A DNA stretch of 42,596 nt from a virus: the IMG/VR virus record IMGVR_UViG_3300049215_000034, positions 1 through 42,596 of that record. One strand, written 5' to 3'. Both the position numbers and the translations under genes were made by a program. A model generated the notes under the pieces. It ran no database searches, was not told the DNA's origin, and saw nothing but the letters and a program-made list of their open reading frames with translations. Of the stretch, positions 26,803 through 33,278 are shown piece after piece. Numbering within the stretch: the first letter of the stretch is position 1; each line of letters begins with the position of its first letter.

Positions 26803-28807
26803 TATCCGCCCCCGAAGCCCTAGCCGACATGAACTGCCGCCCATCCGGCGTCGTCTGCCAGTTGATCGGGCTCGCCGCGGCGCCCGGGAGATTGCCCTGA
26901 AGCATCCGCGCGAAACTCTCGACCCCTTGCATAAGGGTAGCATAGTACCCGGCATCAGGGAAATCGCTCAAGATACCCGACCTGTCGAGCCCCCGAGCGT
27001 AGCCCTGCGCCAGCCCGTTGATCGTCCAGCGCGCGGATTTGTTGGCGAGAAACGCCGGCTGGTGCAGCGCGAGCGACCGCAGGCTTTCGGCCAGCGCGCC
27101 CGTGCAGCCTTCCGACTTGGGGCCGTGCACCATCTCGATCCGGCGCCGCTTGGCCGCGCGCCCCAGCCCCAGATTGTTGAACTGGTCGAACTGTTCGGCC
27201 GGCGCGAAGAACTTGAGCATGGTGTGTCCATCGGCCGCCTGAAGCGCCGATGTCAAAACCTGCTCAAAAGCCTGGTCAACGTCGCCCTCGACAATCCAGT
27301 CTGCGTAGACCCTGAAGCAGCGGTTGACGTACTGCACCAGCGCGCCCGCGGTGTGGTTGGGCGCACAATTGACCGCGAGATGCAGCGGCTGCTGCTTGTG
27401 CGGGCGCAAAGAATCGGGCGCGATATGCGCCACGCCGAAGTCGTCGTAGACCGGCTTGCCGCCGCCGACGCGCAGGACGTAAGCGAGCGCGTTGAGCACG
27501 TCCTTAAGCCCGCTCGGAAAATTCAATATCTCCGTTTCGAGATCCGGGAACTTGTCGCATAGCAGGATTTCACCGGCCTCGAAGAAGGGTTGCAGGCCAC
27601 GAATGAACTGGTCCTTGGACTTGTCGCGCGGCGCGCGCACCGGCAGCAGCGGAAGCACACTCCCCCGCGCCACCATCGCCTGCCGCAGCGGCTGCATGAG
27701 AAATTCCTCCAACCCATCTTTCTCCACCACGATCCAGGTCGGCGTGAACGCGTCGTCGAATTTGAACAGAGTCTCGACTATCTCGGACGGCATGTGATAG
27801 GCGCCGTACGCCTGGCGCACATGGAACTTGCGGCCCATGCGGCTGAAGACCACGTAGCCGGTGCGTGCGCTCTTGCTGCCGACCGTGCGCGCCGGGTCGC
27901 AGACCACGATCGACGGCACGAACGCTGCGACCGGCGCCGCATGGATGATGTGATGCTGCTGGAACGGCTTCAGGCTCGCGTCCTCGCTGCGGCACAGGTA
28001 CTCCTGCACGAAGCCCTGCAATTCGCCAACACCCGCCATGTCCGACCTGATCTGCGCGACGCGCTCCAGGGGATAGCGTGACGGCCACAGCGAGCGCTCC
28101 CACTGTTCGGGCTCGGTCACCGCCGGCTCGACGATCGGATAGGTCCGCACGCTGCCGGGGTGCGCCGCCGCCAATGTCTCCAGCCACGCCTTGGGGTGCA
28201 GGGGCGTCCCGGCGACGCGCTTCGGGCAACCGGGGATGCACGCCTGGATCAGCGAGCGCGTGACCCACGCCTTCAGCTTCTCGCGCTGCGGCTCGGTCGC
28301 GGTATTTTCCTCATCCTCCAGGTCGTCGATGAACAGGAAGTCGGGCCGCTCGACCACGGCCTTGGACCCGCGGAAGCTCTGGCGCGCGCCCAGCGCCTTG
28401 AACCTCACGCCGTTGCGCAACACCAGTTCGTCTTCGTTCCAGGTATTGCCGTGCTGCTCCCCGAACAGCTCGATCAGCATCTGGTTATTGTCCAGTTCGT
28501 GCTTGATCGAGGCGATGCGCTCGCAGGCGCGCGGGTGGGAGTTGCCCACGATCAGCGCGTAGTTGAAGCGCTGGAAGCAGGCCATGGCCGACATGGCTTC
28601 CTCGATCCGCGTCGATTTGGCGGCGCCGCGGAACGCGCGGATGATGAGCCACTCCATCGGGCTCCAGATGTCGCGGATCAGCTCGTGGTGGAATTCCGGC
28701 GTCGCGTTGCTGTGCCGCGCGCTGAACAGGACTTCATGGCACAGCACCGGATCGGCCAGCAGCTTGGCGAGGACTGTCTTTAAATTCTGGTCTGTGTCTT
28801 CGCTCAT
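26774..28807 (-). CDS. terL: Terminase large subunit
   Basis: 677 aa from ATG 28807 (ATGA overlap with the upstream stop). Walker A-like FRGAAKST, Walker B FLFIDDLEDEE, and a C-terminal nuclease half with acidic motifs VVCDPA and IVVEKDG. Confidence 0.9.
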   Translation of the reverse strand: MSEDTDQNLKTVLAKLLADPVLCHEVLFSARHSNATPEFHHELIRDIWSPMEWLIIRAFRGAAKSTRIEEAMSAMACFQRFNYALIVGNSHPRACERIASIKHELDNNQMLIELFGEQHGNTWNEDELVLRNGVRFKALGARQSFRGSKAVVERPDFLFIDDLEDEENTATEPQREKLKAWVTRSLIQACIPGCPKRVAGTPLHPKAWLETLAAAHPGSVRTYPIVEPAVTEPEQWERSLWPSRYPLERVAQIRSDMAGVGELQGFVQEYLCRSEDASLKPFQQHHIIHAAPVAAFVPSIVVCDPARTVGSKSARTGYVVFSRMGRKFHVRQAYGAYHMPSEIVETLFKFDDAFTPTWIVVEKDGLEEFLMQPLRQAMVARGSVLPLLPVRAPRDKSKDQFIRGLQPFFEAGEILLCDKFPDLETEILNFPSGLKDVLNALAYVLRVGGGKPVYDDFGVAHIAPDSLRPHKQQPLHLAVNCAPNHTAGALVQYVNRCFRVYADWIVEGDVDQAFEQVLTSALQAADGHTMLKFFAPAEQFDQFNNLGLGRAAKRRRIEMVHGPKSEGCTGALAESLRSLALHQPAFLANKSARWTINGLAQGYARGLDRSGILSDFPDAGYYATLMQGVESFARMLQGNLPGAAASPINWQTTPDGRQFMSARASGADNGRHELKRP

Positions 28808-29067
28808 ACCCCGCGCCCCGGACGCCCGCGGGGGTCGCCATCCGCTTCGATCTGGTCTTCCATGCACATCAGCTTATGCTGCGCTTTAACGAGATAGTAT
28901 AGCACTTCGCCGCTGTCGGCCTGACTTGACGCAAAGAAAAACTCGCCGTCCTCGCGGCGTCCGACAATCACAACCGCTGTCAGACCATATTCCGCTGCGG
29001 CTTCAAGCGCTCTGTCCGGCGACGTGTCGTTGGTAGTGACGAAAGGGCCGCGAACCACGTCGCCCAT
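28804..29067 (-). CDS. Hypothetical protein (87 aa) upstream of terL
   Basis: MGDVVRGPF...VVIVGRREDGEFFFASSQADSGEVLYYLVKAQHKLM. ATGA overlaps on both sides. The 255-aa track ORF is an Arg-rich extension. Confidence 0.5.
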   Translation of the reverse strand: MGDVVRGPFVTTNDTSPDRALEAAAEYGLTAVVIVGRREDGEFFFASSQADSGEVLYYLVKAQHKLMCMEDQIEADGDPRGRPGRGV

Positions 29068-29285
29068 CAGCCGGCCGCCTGCTGGACCGACCAATGCGCC
29101 GGGGTGTCGATCACCGCCGTCGCGACGATGCGCCCCCGCTGCGGACCCTGGAGCGCGTTGGCGATGAACTGCTCGGCTTCGTCTCGGGTGCGCATCGGCA
29201 CCTCGCGCACATAGCGCTCGAACCGGATGACGGCGTGATATGGACAGCTTGACGCGAGCCTCGGTGCGCGCATGTGATTCCCCAT
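29067..29285 (-). CDS. Hypothetical protein (72 aa or shorter)
   Basis: ORF whose stop overlaps the next start (ATGA). The true start is uncertain. Confidence 0.4.
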   Translation of the reverse strand: MGNHMRAPRLASSCPYHAVIRFERYVREVPMRTRDEAEQFIANALQGPQRGRIVATAVIDTPAHWSVQQAAG

Positions 29286-29324
29286 TCCCCATTCCCCCTG
29301 TCGCCCACCGATGGTAGGCGCGTC

Positions 29325-29528
29325 TCAGCCGAGGTTGAAGACGTTTTTGATGTTGCGGGCGAAGTAGCTGCCCACGCTGGAAGCGTTCAGCAGGTTCTGG
29401 AATTCGCCGTTGGGCACGCCGACGTAGCGGTACATGCGGCCGTTGTTGAACTGGACCTGGAGCATCTTGGTGCTCTCGTCGTAGCCGACGGCGGCGATGT
29501 TCGACGAAGCGACCGGGACCATTTCCAT
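29325..29528 (-). CDS. KTSC domain protein, first gene of the late arm
   Basis: 67 aa from ATG 29528, with GGAG upstream. SSNIAAVGYDESTKMLQVQFNNGRMYRYVGVPNGEFQNLLNASSVGSYF matches the KTSC pattern as I recall it. Confidence 0.65.
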   Translation of the reverse strand: MEMVPVASSNIAAVGYDESTKMLQVQFNNGRMYRYVGVPNGEFQNLLNASSVGSYFARNIKNVFNLG

Positions 29529-29690
29529 GTTGCGTAACTCCGGGATGATTGCGGGAGTTGCACAATAGCAAAACGGCGCCGGATGTTCAACCCGACGCCG
29601 CCTGCTGCCACAACCTAGAAGGAGAACGATGTCCATCAGGGACGGGGGAATAGTAGCGCAGCGGGCTGGGGATGCAAGGAAGAAGTTCAG

Positions 29691-29703
29691 TGTCAGAATG
29701 ACG
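29691..29703 (-). promoter_or_regulatory. Operator-like dyad, family 2 (CGTCATTCTGACA, inverted copy)
   Basis: Exact reverse complement of the 13-mer found at 30340 and 30923. Flanked by the TACCTC of family 1. Confidence 0.6.
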
Positions 29704-29857
29704 AGGTAGCTTCGTGGGGGAATAAAATTTAAAAAATGCGCCGCGGTTTGGATGTGACATACAAAATTTATCTCTTGCCCTGCCGCGCGCCGGCCAAATC
29801 CCGAGTTGTTGCATGTCATTCGCACCATAACCTATTTTATTCAATGATATCAAGGCG

Positions 29858-29870
29858 CGTCATTATGACA
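29858..29870 (+). promoter_or_regulatory. Operator-like dyad, family 2 variant (CGTCATTATGACA)
   Basis: GTCAT-T-ATGAC perfect dyad; one substitution relative to the 13-mer. Confidence 0.55.
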
Positions 29871-29997
29871 TGGCGTCTCGCCTGGTCGGCGAGCAGCTCG
29901 AATTGCATTTGCGGGCTTAAAAACGGGAAAAACGCGTTATAATGTTGTTATCCGCCAATTTATTTTGTAATAAAATAATAAAATGAACTAACTACAA

Positions 29998-30013
29998 AAT
30001 GGGGTACCCCATT
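29998..30013. repeat. Perfect 16-bp palindrome AATGGGGTACCCCATT
   Basis: Self-complementary when read on both strands. Lies in the AT-rich core. Confidence 0.85.
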
Positions 30014-30020
30014 GAAAACA
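30010..30020 (+). repeat. Direct repeat CATTGAAAACA, copy 1
   Basis: Identical 11-mer at 30078-30088. Confidence 0.7.
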
Positions 30021-30077
30021 TTGAAGAAAGTACCGGGTCGGCAGTCGAAACAATTTTGTTGGGTGGATCGACCAAGG

Positions 30078-30088
30078 CATTGAAAACA
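30078..30088 (+). repeat. Direct repeat CATTGAAAACA, copy 2
   Basis: Identical 11-mer at 30010-30020. Confidence 0.7.
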
Positions 30089-30092
30089 AAGG

Positions 30093-30104
30093 GACATTAT
30101 GACA
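30093..30104 (+). promoter_or_regulatory. Degenerate family 2 site (GACATTATGACA)
   Basis: One mismatch to GTCATTATGACA. Confidence 0.4.
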
Positions 30105-30167
30105 AAGACCAGTGAGTAGTGACTATCTATGTGTTTAAATATAAGCATATATATATAGCGAATGATG

Positions 30168-30182
30168 CGTCATGGTGAGGTA
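30168..30182 (-). promoter_or_regulatory. Operator-like repeat, family 1 (TACCTCACCATGACG, inverted copy)
   Basis: Exact reverse complement of the 15-mer at 30226 and 30366. Confidence 0.65.
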
Positions 30183-30195
30183 TGACATAATGACA
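30183..30195 (-). promoter_or_regulatory. Degenerate family 2 site (TGTCATTATGTCA on the minus strand)
   Basis: Directly abuts the inverted family 1 copy. Confidence 0.4.
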
Positions 30196-30225
30196 CTCCT
30201 ACCAGCACCTCCGCCAACCTGACAA

Positions 30226-30240
30226 TACCTCACCATGACG
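30226..30240 (+). promoter_or_regulatory. Operator-like repeat, family 1 (TACCTCACCATGACG)
   Basis: Exact 15-mer. Forms an inverted pair with 30168-30182, with a 43-bp spacer. Confidence 0.65.
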
Positions 30241-30339
30241 CCGTATCGCCTACAACTTCTCTCCCTCTTGTTCGGAATAGATACTCACCAGCCAAAAATA
30301 AGCGATTTATCTAGCCTCCTCAAGCACATAAACTATCCA

Positions 30340-30352
30340 CGTCATTCTGACA
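30340..30352 (+). promoter_or_regulatory. Operator-like dyad, family 2 (CGTCATTCTGACA)
   Basis: Exact 13-mer, also at 30923 and inverted at 29691. Confidence 0.6.
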
Positions 30353-30365
30353 CTTAGCTACTAGG

Positions 30366-30380
30366 TACCTCACCATGACG
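30366..30380 (+). promoter_or_regulatory. Operator-like repeat, family 1 (TACCTCACCATGACG), followed by TATTAT
   Basis: Exact 15-mer. Direct repeat with 30397-30411, 31 bp apart. Confidence 0.65.
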
Positions 30381-30388
30381 TATTATGC

Positions 30389-30417
30389 TTGCGCAATACT
30401 TCACCATGACGTATTAT
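30389..30417 (+). promoter_or_regulatory. Candidate early promoter (-35 TTGCGC, 17-bp spacer, -10 TATTAT)
   Basis: Hexamers at 30389-30394 and 30412-30417. The spacer is filled by a family 1 repeat. About 50 bp upstream of the first early gene. Host sigma specificity is unknown. Confidence 0.3.
30397..30411 (+). promoter_or_regulatory. Operator-like repeat, family 1 (TACTTCACCATGACG, one mismatch), followed by TATTAT
   Basis: 14/15 match to the family 1 consensus. Confidence 0.6.
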
Positions 30418-30466
30418 ACTGCCGCTATCACCTAGCCGAGCACCTCAAACCAAAGGCCAACACCTC

Positions 30467-30892
30467 ATGGATAAGACCGAAATTAGGGCTATTCGGGAGC
30501 GTTTACGCATGAACCAAAGCGAGTTTGCGGAGGCAACTGGGGCCAGTTTATCGACCGTACAGCGCTGGGAGTCCGGTGTGCAACACGTCACGGCGAGGTA
30601 TATCAAAGCGATTGAGCGCGCCCAAGACCTGACGCCAATTAGGCAATACTATTTAATCGACCCTTACGCCAAAACTTTTAGCCTGGTCGATAAGGCCAGA
30701 GCTGAACACCCTGACAATGCGCCGCTCTACAATGACAAATTCGTGGTGGTCTGTGTCTATTGCCCGGGGTCGCTTATGGAGTGGTCTGCTCCGCCGAAGG
30801 GTGGCGCCGCGCCGGCCGACACTGGCTATCCGCCCACGGTGGACACGCGCTGGGATCCCGCATGGGGCCCACTCCCCAAACCAGGCACCTAA
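30467..30892 (+). CDS. XRE-family HTH regulator with C-terminal extension (141 aa)
   Basis: IRERLRMNQSEFAEATGASLSTVQRWESG is a canonical XRE helix-turn-helix. First gene of the early arm, next to the operator arrays. Confidence 0.8.
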   Translation: MDKTEIRAIRERLRMNQSEFAEATGASLSTVQRWESGVQHVTARYIKAIERAQDLTPIRQYYLIDPYAKTFSLVDKARAEHPDNAPLYNDKFVVVCVYCPGSLMEWSAPPKGGAAPADTGYPPTVDTRWDPAWGPLPKPGT

Positions 30893-30922
30893 GATTACAA
30901 CCATGTAACTTTCCCCATTATG

Positions 30923-30935
30923 CGTCATTCTGACA
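30923..30935 (+). promoter_or_regulatory. Operator-like dyad, family 2 (CGTCATTCTGACA) in the gap after the XRE gene
   Basis: Exact 13-mer in the 81-bp gap between 30892 and 30974. Confidence 0.6.
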
Positions 30936-30973
30936 ATATCACGCCTGTAAGCAACTTGAACAAGGAGGATTCC

Positions 30974-31207
30974 ATGCAACGCCTGATCGCCACTCCCGAC
31001 CACGGCACACAGCGCCAGCCCGCGCCCAACCATGCTTTTGAGCCTGTGGTCGATAAGGCGACGCGCCTGGAAGATCAGTGCGCGCAATTCTACCCGATGG
31101 CAGGCGAGACGATCGCCCAAACCGTCATGATGAAAATAGAAGGCGCGCACCACCCGGACAACATCGGCACCAAGCAAGGCGCAACGTCACGTTATGCGGC
31201 ATACTAA
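30974..31207 (+). CDS. Hypothetical protein (77 aa)
   Basis: ATG 30974 is preceded by a strong Shine-Dalgarno AAGGAGG. The track start 30920 lacks one. Confidence 0.55.
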   Translation: MQRLIATPDHGTQRQPAPNHAFEPVVDKATRLEDQCAQFYPMAGETIAQTVMMKIEGAHHPDNIGTKQGATSRYAAY

Positions 31208-31457
31208 AGGGTACAGCCCACTAGCGCGCGGGGTGCGCGTATCGGCCGCGGCGGAAGCCGGCCGCGTGATCCTGGACTGGGATCATGCGCTGGACCCGGA
31301 TGAAAACCACAAGCGCGCGGCGAAGGCGCTGGCCTTTAAGCTGAATTGGAACGGCGACTACGTGGGTGGGCATCTACCCCAAAAGAACGCGCATCATATG
31401 TGCTTCGTGCGCCAGGACCGCGGCATCTCGCCGGAATTCACCATCGCGGAGCGGTAG
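31194..31457 (+). CDS. Hypothetical protein (87 aa)
   Basis: ORF overlapping the upstream gene by 14 nt. No motif recognised. Confidence 0.5.
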   Translation: MRHTKGYSPLARGVRVSAAAEAGRVILDWDHALDPDENHKRAAKALAFKLNWNGDYVGGHLPQKNAHHMCFVRQDRGISPEFTIAER

Positions 31458-31459
31458 AG

Positions 31460-31624
31460 ATGCGCCCGCAAAAACTAGCACCCCGGGTCTGCGACAACTG
31501 CACCGTTGAGCTGACCGTGGCCGAGCGGCAGGCGTCGCCCTTGCTTGCCTGGTGCGAGCACTGCCTGGACGAAGCCGCCCGGCGACGCCGGGAACCGATC
31601 GCTAACCCCGAAACGCAGGAGTAA
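31460..31624 (+). CDS. Small zinc-ribbon-like protein (54 aa)
   Basis: CDNC ... CEHC pair of CxxC motifs. ATG lies 3 nt after the upstream stop. Confidence 0.5.
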   Translation: MRPQKLAPRVCDNCTVELTVAERQASPLLAWCEHCLDEAARRRREPIANPETQE

Positions 31625-31629
31625 CCAGG

Positions 31630-31839
31630 ATGGACGGAAAAACCATAACCGAAACGGTCCTGGCCGAATTTTACAGCCGCGACGACCGCCGGGACGTGCA
31701 GCTCGTCAAGCGCCAAGCCGACAAGGCGCCCTGGTTCGTCATCCGGTACAGCGACGTTGGGAACATCCTGGGCTTCAATGATGAGGCGCAGGCGCGGGAG
31801 GCTTACCGCCGTCTCGCTTTCCAGGCGCAGAACCCCTAA
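31630..31839 (+). CDS. Hypothetical protein (69 aa)
   Basis: ORF with AGGA upstream. No motif recognised. Confidence 0.5.
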   Translation: MDGKTITETVLAEFYSRDDRRDVQLVKRQADKAPWFVIRYSDVGNILGFNDEAQAREAYRRLAFQAQNP

Positions 31840-31866
31840 CTTCACCTCAACAAAAGGACTAAACAC

Positions 31867-32565
31867 ATGCTCGCATATCACGGGAAGTCAGAACTGAAAG
31901 CCGCTATTGTTGCGGACCTGGAAGCCCACAAGGCCGCGGATAAGCTCATTCACGGTAAGTACTGGGAAAACGGCAAAGGCTGCGCGGTTGGCTGTACGCT
32001 CAACGCGGTCAAGAACCACCAAGGGCTGTCGCACATCGATCATGCTGCGCATAAACTATATGAAAAGCATCTAGGGATTCCCATTGCGCTTGCGCGCTTG
32101 GAAGATACGATTTTCGAGCGTTTGGCTAACGGCGAAGCTCAGGAATGGCCCTTGCGGTTCGCACGCGCTATTGAGCCCGGCGCCGATCTGTCCATGGTTA
32201 TGCCGCGCCTGCTGTTTTGGATTTTGTCCGAACGGCTTCCGCAGCACATTGACAAGGAAAAGCGCCCGAAGATCTGGCAGGCTGTTGCTGATATTGCGGA
32301 ACTGTACCGTGAGTGGTGCGAGGGTGAAGTTAAGCCTAGCCGCGAGCGTTTTGTAAAAGCGCGAAACGCCGCCTACGCCGCCTACGCCGCCGACGCCGCT
32401 GCCTACGCCGCCGCCGCCTACGCCGCCGCCTACGCCGCCGCCGCTGCCTACGCCGCCGACGCCGCCGACGCCGCCGCCTACGCCGCCGCCTACGCCGCGC
32501 GTAAGACAGAAATCCGCTTGATTGCGGACAAGCTCATTGAGTTGTTGGAAAGTGCGCCGACATGA
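31867..32565 (+). CDS. Protein with a globular N-domain and a 44-residue Ala/Tyr/Asp run
   Basis: 232 aa. N-domain contains GKYWENGKGCAVGCTL. C-terminal run AAYAAYAADAAAYAAAAYAAAYAAAAAYAADAADAAAYAAAYAA, then a short helix. Confidence 0.7.
   Translation: MLAYHGKSELKAAIVADLEAHKAADKLIHGKYWENGKGCAVGCTLNAVKNHQGLSHIDHAAHKLYEKHLGIPIALARLEDTIFERLANGEAQEWPLRFARAIEPGADLSMVMPRLLFWILSERLPQHIDKEKRPKIWQAVADIAELYREWCEGEVKPSRERFVKARNAAYAAYAADAAAYAAAAYAAAYAAAAAYAADAADAAAYAAAYAARKTEIRLIADKLIELLESAPT
32368..32499 (+). repeat. Coding low-complexity GCC/TAC/GAC codon repeat (Ala/Tyr/Asp run)
   Basis: 132 nt built almost entirely from gcc, gct, tac and gac codons (gccgcctacgccgcc units). Confidence 0.9.
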
Positions 32566-32735
32566 TTCGCTTAACAGGATTACGCCTGGGCGCCGCTGCG
32601 ATCGCTACCTTGCTGGGTGGACATATCGCCTGGGTCTTCGCGACCGACACCCATCTGGACCCGTGGGCGCTGTTGCTCGCCGGCTTCACCTTCGCCTTTC
32701 TGGCGCTGATCGCTCTCTTGTCGGTATTGGATTGA
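32562..32735 (+). CDS. Small two-TM membrane protein (57 aa)
   Basis: ORF below the track cutoff: MIRLTGLRLGAAAIATLLGGHIAWVFATDTHLDPWALLLAGFTFAFLALIALLSVLD. ATGA overlap with the upstream stop. Confidence 0.5.
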   Translation: MIRLTGLRLGAAAIATLLGGHIAWVFATDTHLDPWALLLAGFTFAFLALIALLSVLD

Positions 32736-32739
32736 CCCT

Positions 32740-33051
32740 ATGACCCCGGATGAACACCCCCACACTTACCGCGCCGACCAGGCGCGCGCCATCATCCGTA
32801 ACGCCGATCGGAACCGGTTCGTGTTCTGGTGGGAAGGCGTGCATGTGCGCGGCCTTTCAATGGCCGATTACGAGCTGTGGAACACAAGCACGGTCGAGGA
32901 TGCTCAACACATCATCTTCAGCACCTGCCGCATTACCAGCCTCGGCCAGCTCGAAGATCAGTGGGTACCGTGGGAGAAACCAAGCGCGCCGCAGAAACGC
33001 TGGGACAAGCTTTATTTCGCCTATATGTTGTGGCTGGGAGTGAAACCATGA
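32740..33051 (+). CDS. Hypothetical protein (103 aa)
   Basis: ORF with an ATGA overlap to the next gene. Confidence 0.55.
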   Translation: MTPDEHPHTYRADQARAIIRNADRNRFVFWWEGVHVRGLSMADYELWNTSTVEDAQHIIFSTCRITSLGQLEDQWVPWEKPSAPQKRWDKLYFAYMLWLGVKP

Positions 33052-33266
33052 AACCCGCATTACTGAAAGAAATCCGTGAGCGGCTGGGCCTGACGGTGAG
33101 CGAGTTTGCGCATATACTGGGTGTGATGCCGCGCACCTATTACCGGTACGAGTCCGCGAAGACGCGCGCCCCCTTGACGGTCGAGCGCCTTATCGTTACG
33201 TTGCTCAAGTGCCCCAATGTGCTTAACGAGTCGATCGCCGCCGCGCGGCAGGATCCGAAGCAATGA
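33048..33266 (+). CDS. XRE-family HTH protein (72 aa)
   Basis: EIRERLGLTVSEFAHILGVMPRTYYRYES is paralogous to the HTH of the 30467 gene. It ends at TGA 33264-33266, which is in frame with the next ORF. Confidence 0.7.
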   Translation: MKPALLKEIRERLGLTVSEFAHILGVMPRTYYRYESAKTRAPLTVERLIVTLLKCPNVLNESIAAARQDPKQ

Positions 33267-33278
33267 CCCCCTCCCCAC

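Larger units (their letters stand above)
29529..30466. promoter_or_regulatory. Divergent control region between late and early arms; AT-rich, repeat-dense
   Basis: Largest non-coding stretch in the genome. GC falls sharply around 29940-30165. Contains two operator-like repeat families, a perfect palindrome, short direct repeats and an (AT)n run. Confidence 0.8.

Noticed and set aside
28804-29828. Long N-terminal extensions in the track (255-aa and 167-aa ORFs; also terL from 28867 and portal from 26955)
   Set aside because: The extensions are Arg/Pro/His-rich, overlap upstream genes in other frames, and bypass internal ATGs that have Shine-Dalgarno sequences or ATGA coupling. The shorter models were adopted.
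29960-30148. 62-aa minus-strand ORF in the AT-rich island
   Set aside because: Its composition and codon usage are completely unlike every other gene, it has no Shine-Dalgarno, and it lies across the palindrome and iteron elements. It is more likely non-coding regulatory DNA.
29529-30466. tRNA or other structured RNA gene in the large intergenic region
   Set aside because: No cloverleaf-compatible arms or GTTCRANNC T-loop with matching stems were found by eye. Only short hairpins and operator-like repeats are present. This cannot be fully excluded without a covariance-model scan.
33264-33266. Genome-wide TGA reassignment as the explanation for the in-frame TGA
   Set aside because: TGA serves as the stop in many precisely overlapping ATGA/GTGA junctions throughout both arms, so the standard code applies. 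Only a local event (non-AUG start, read-through or mutation) is plausible.
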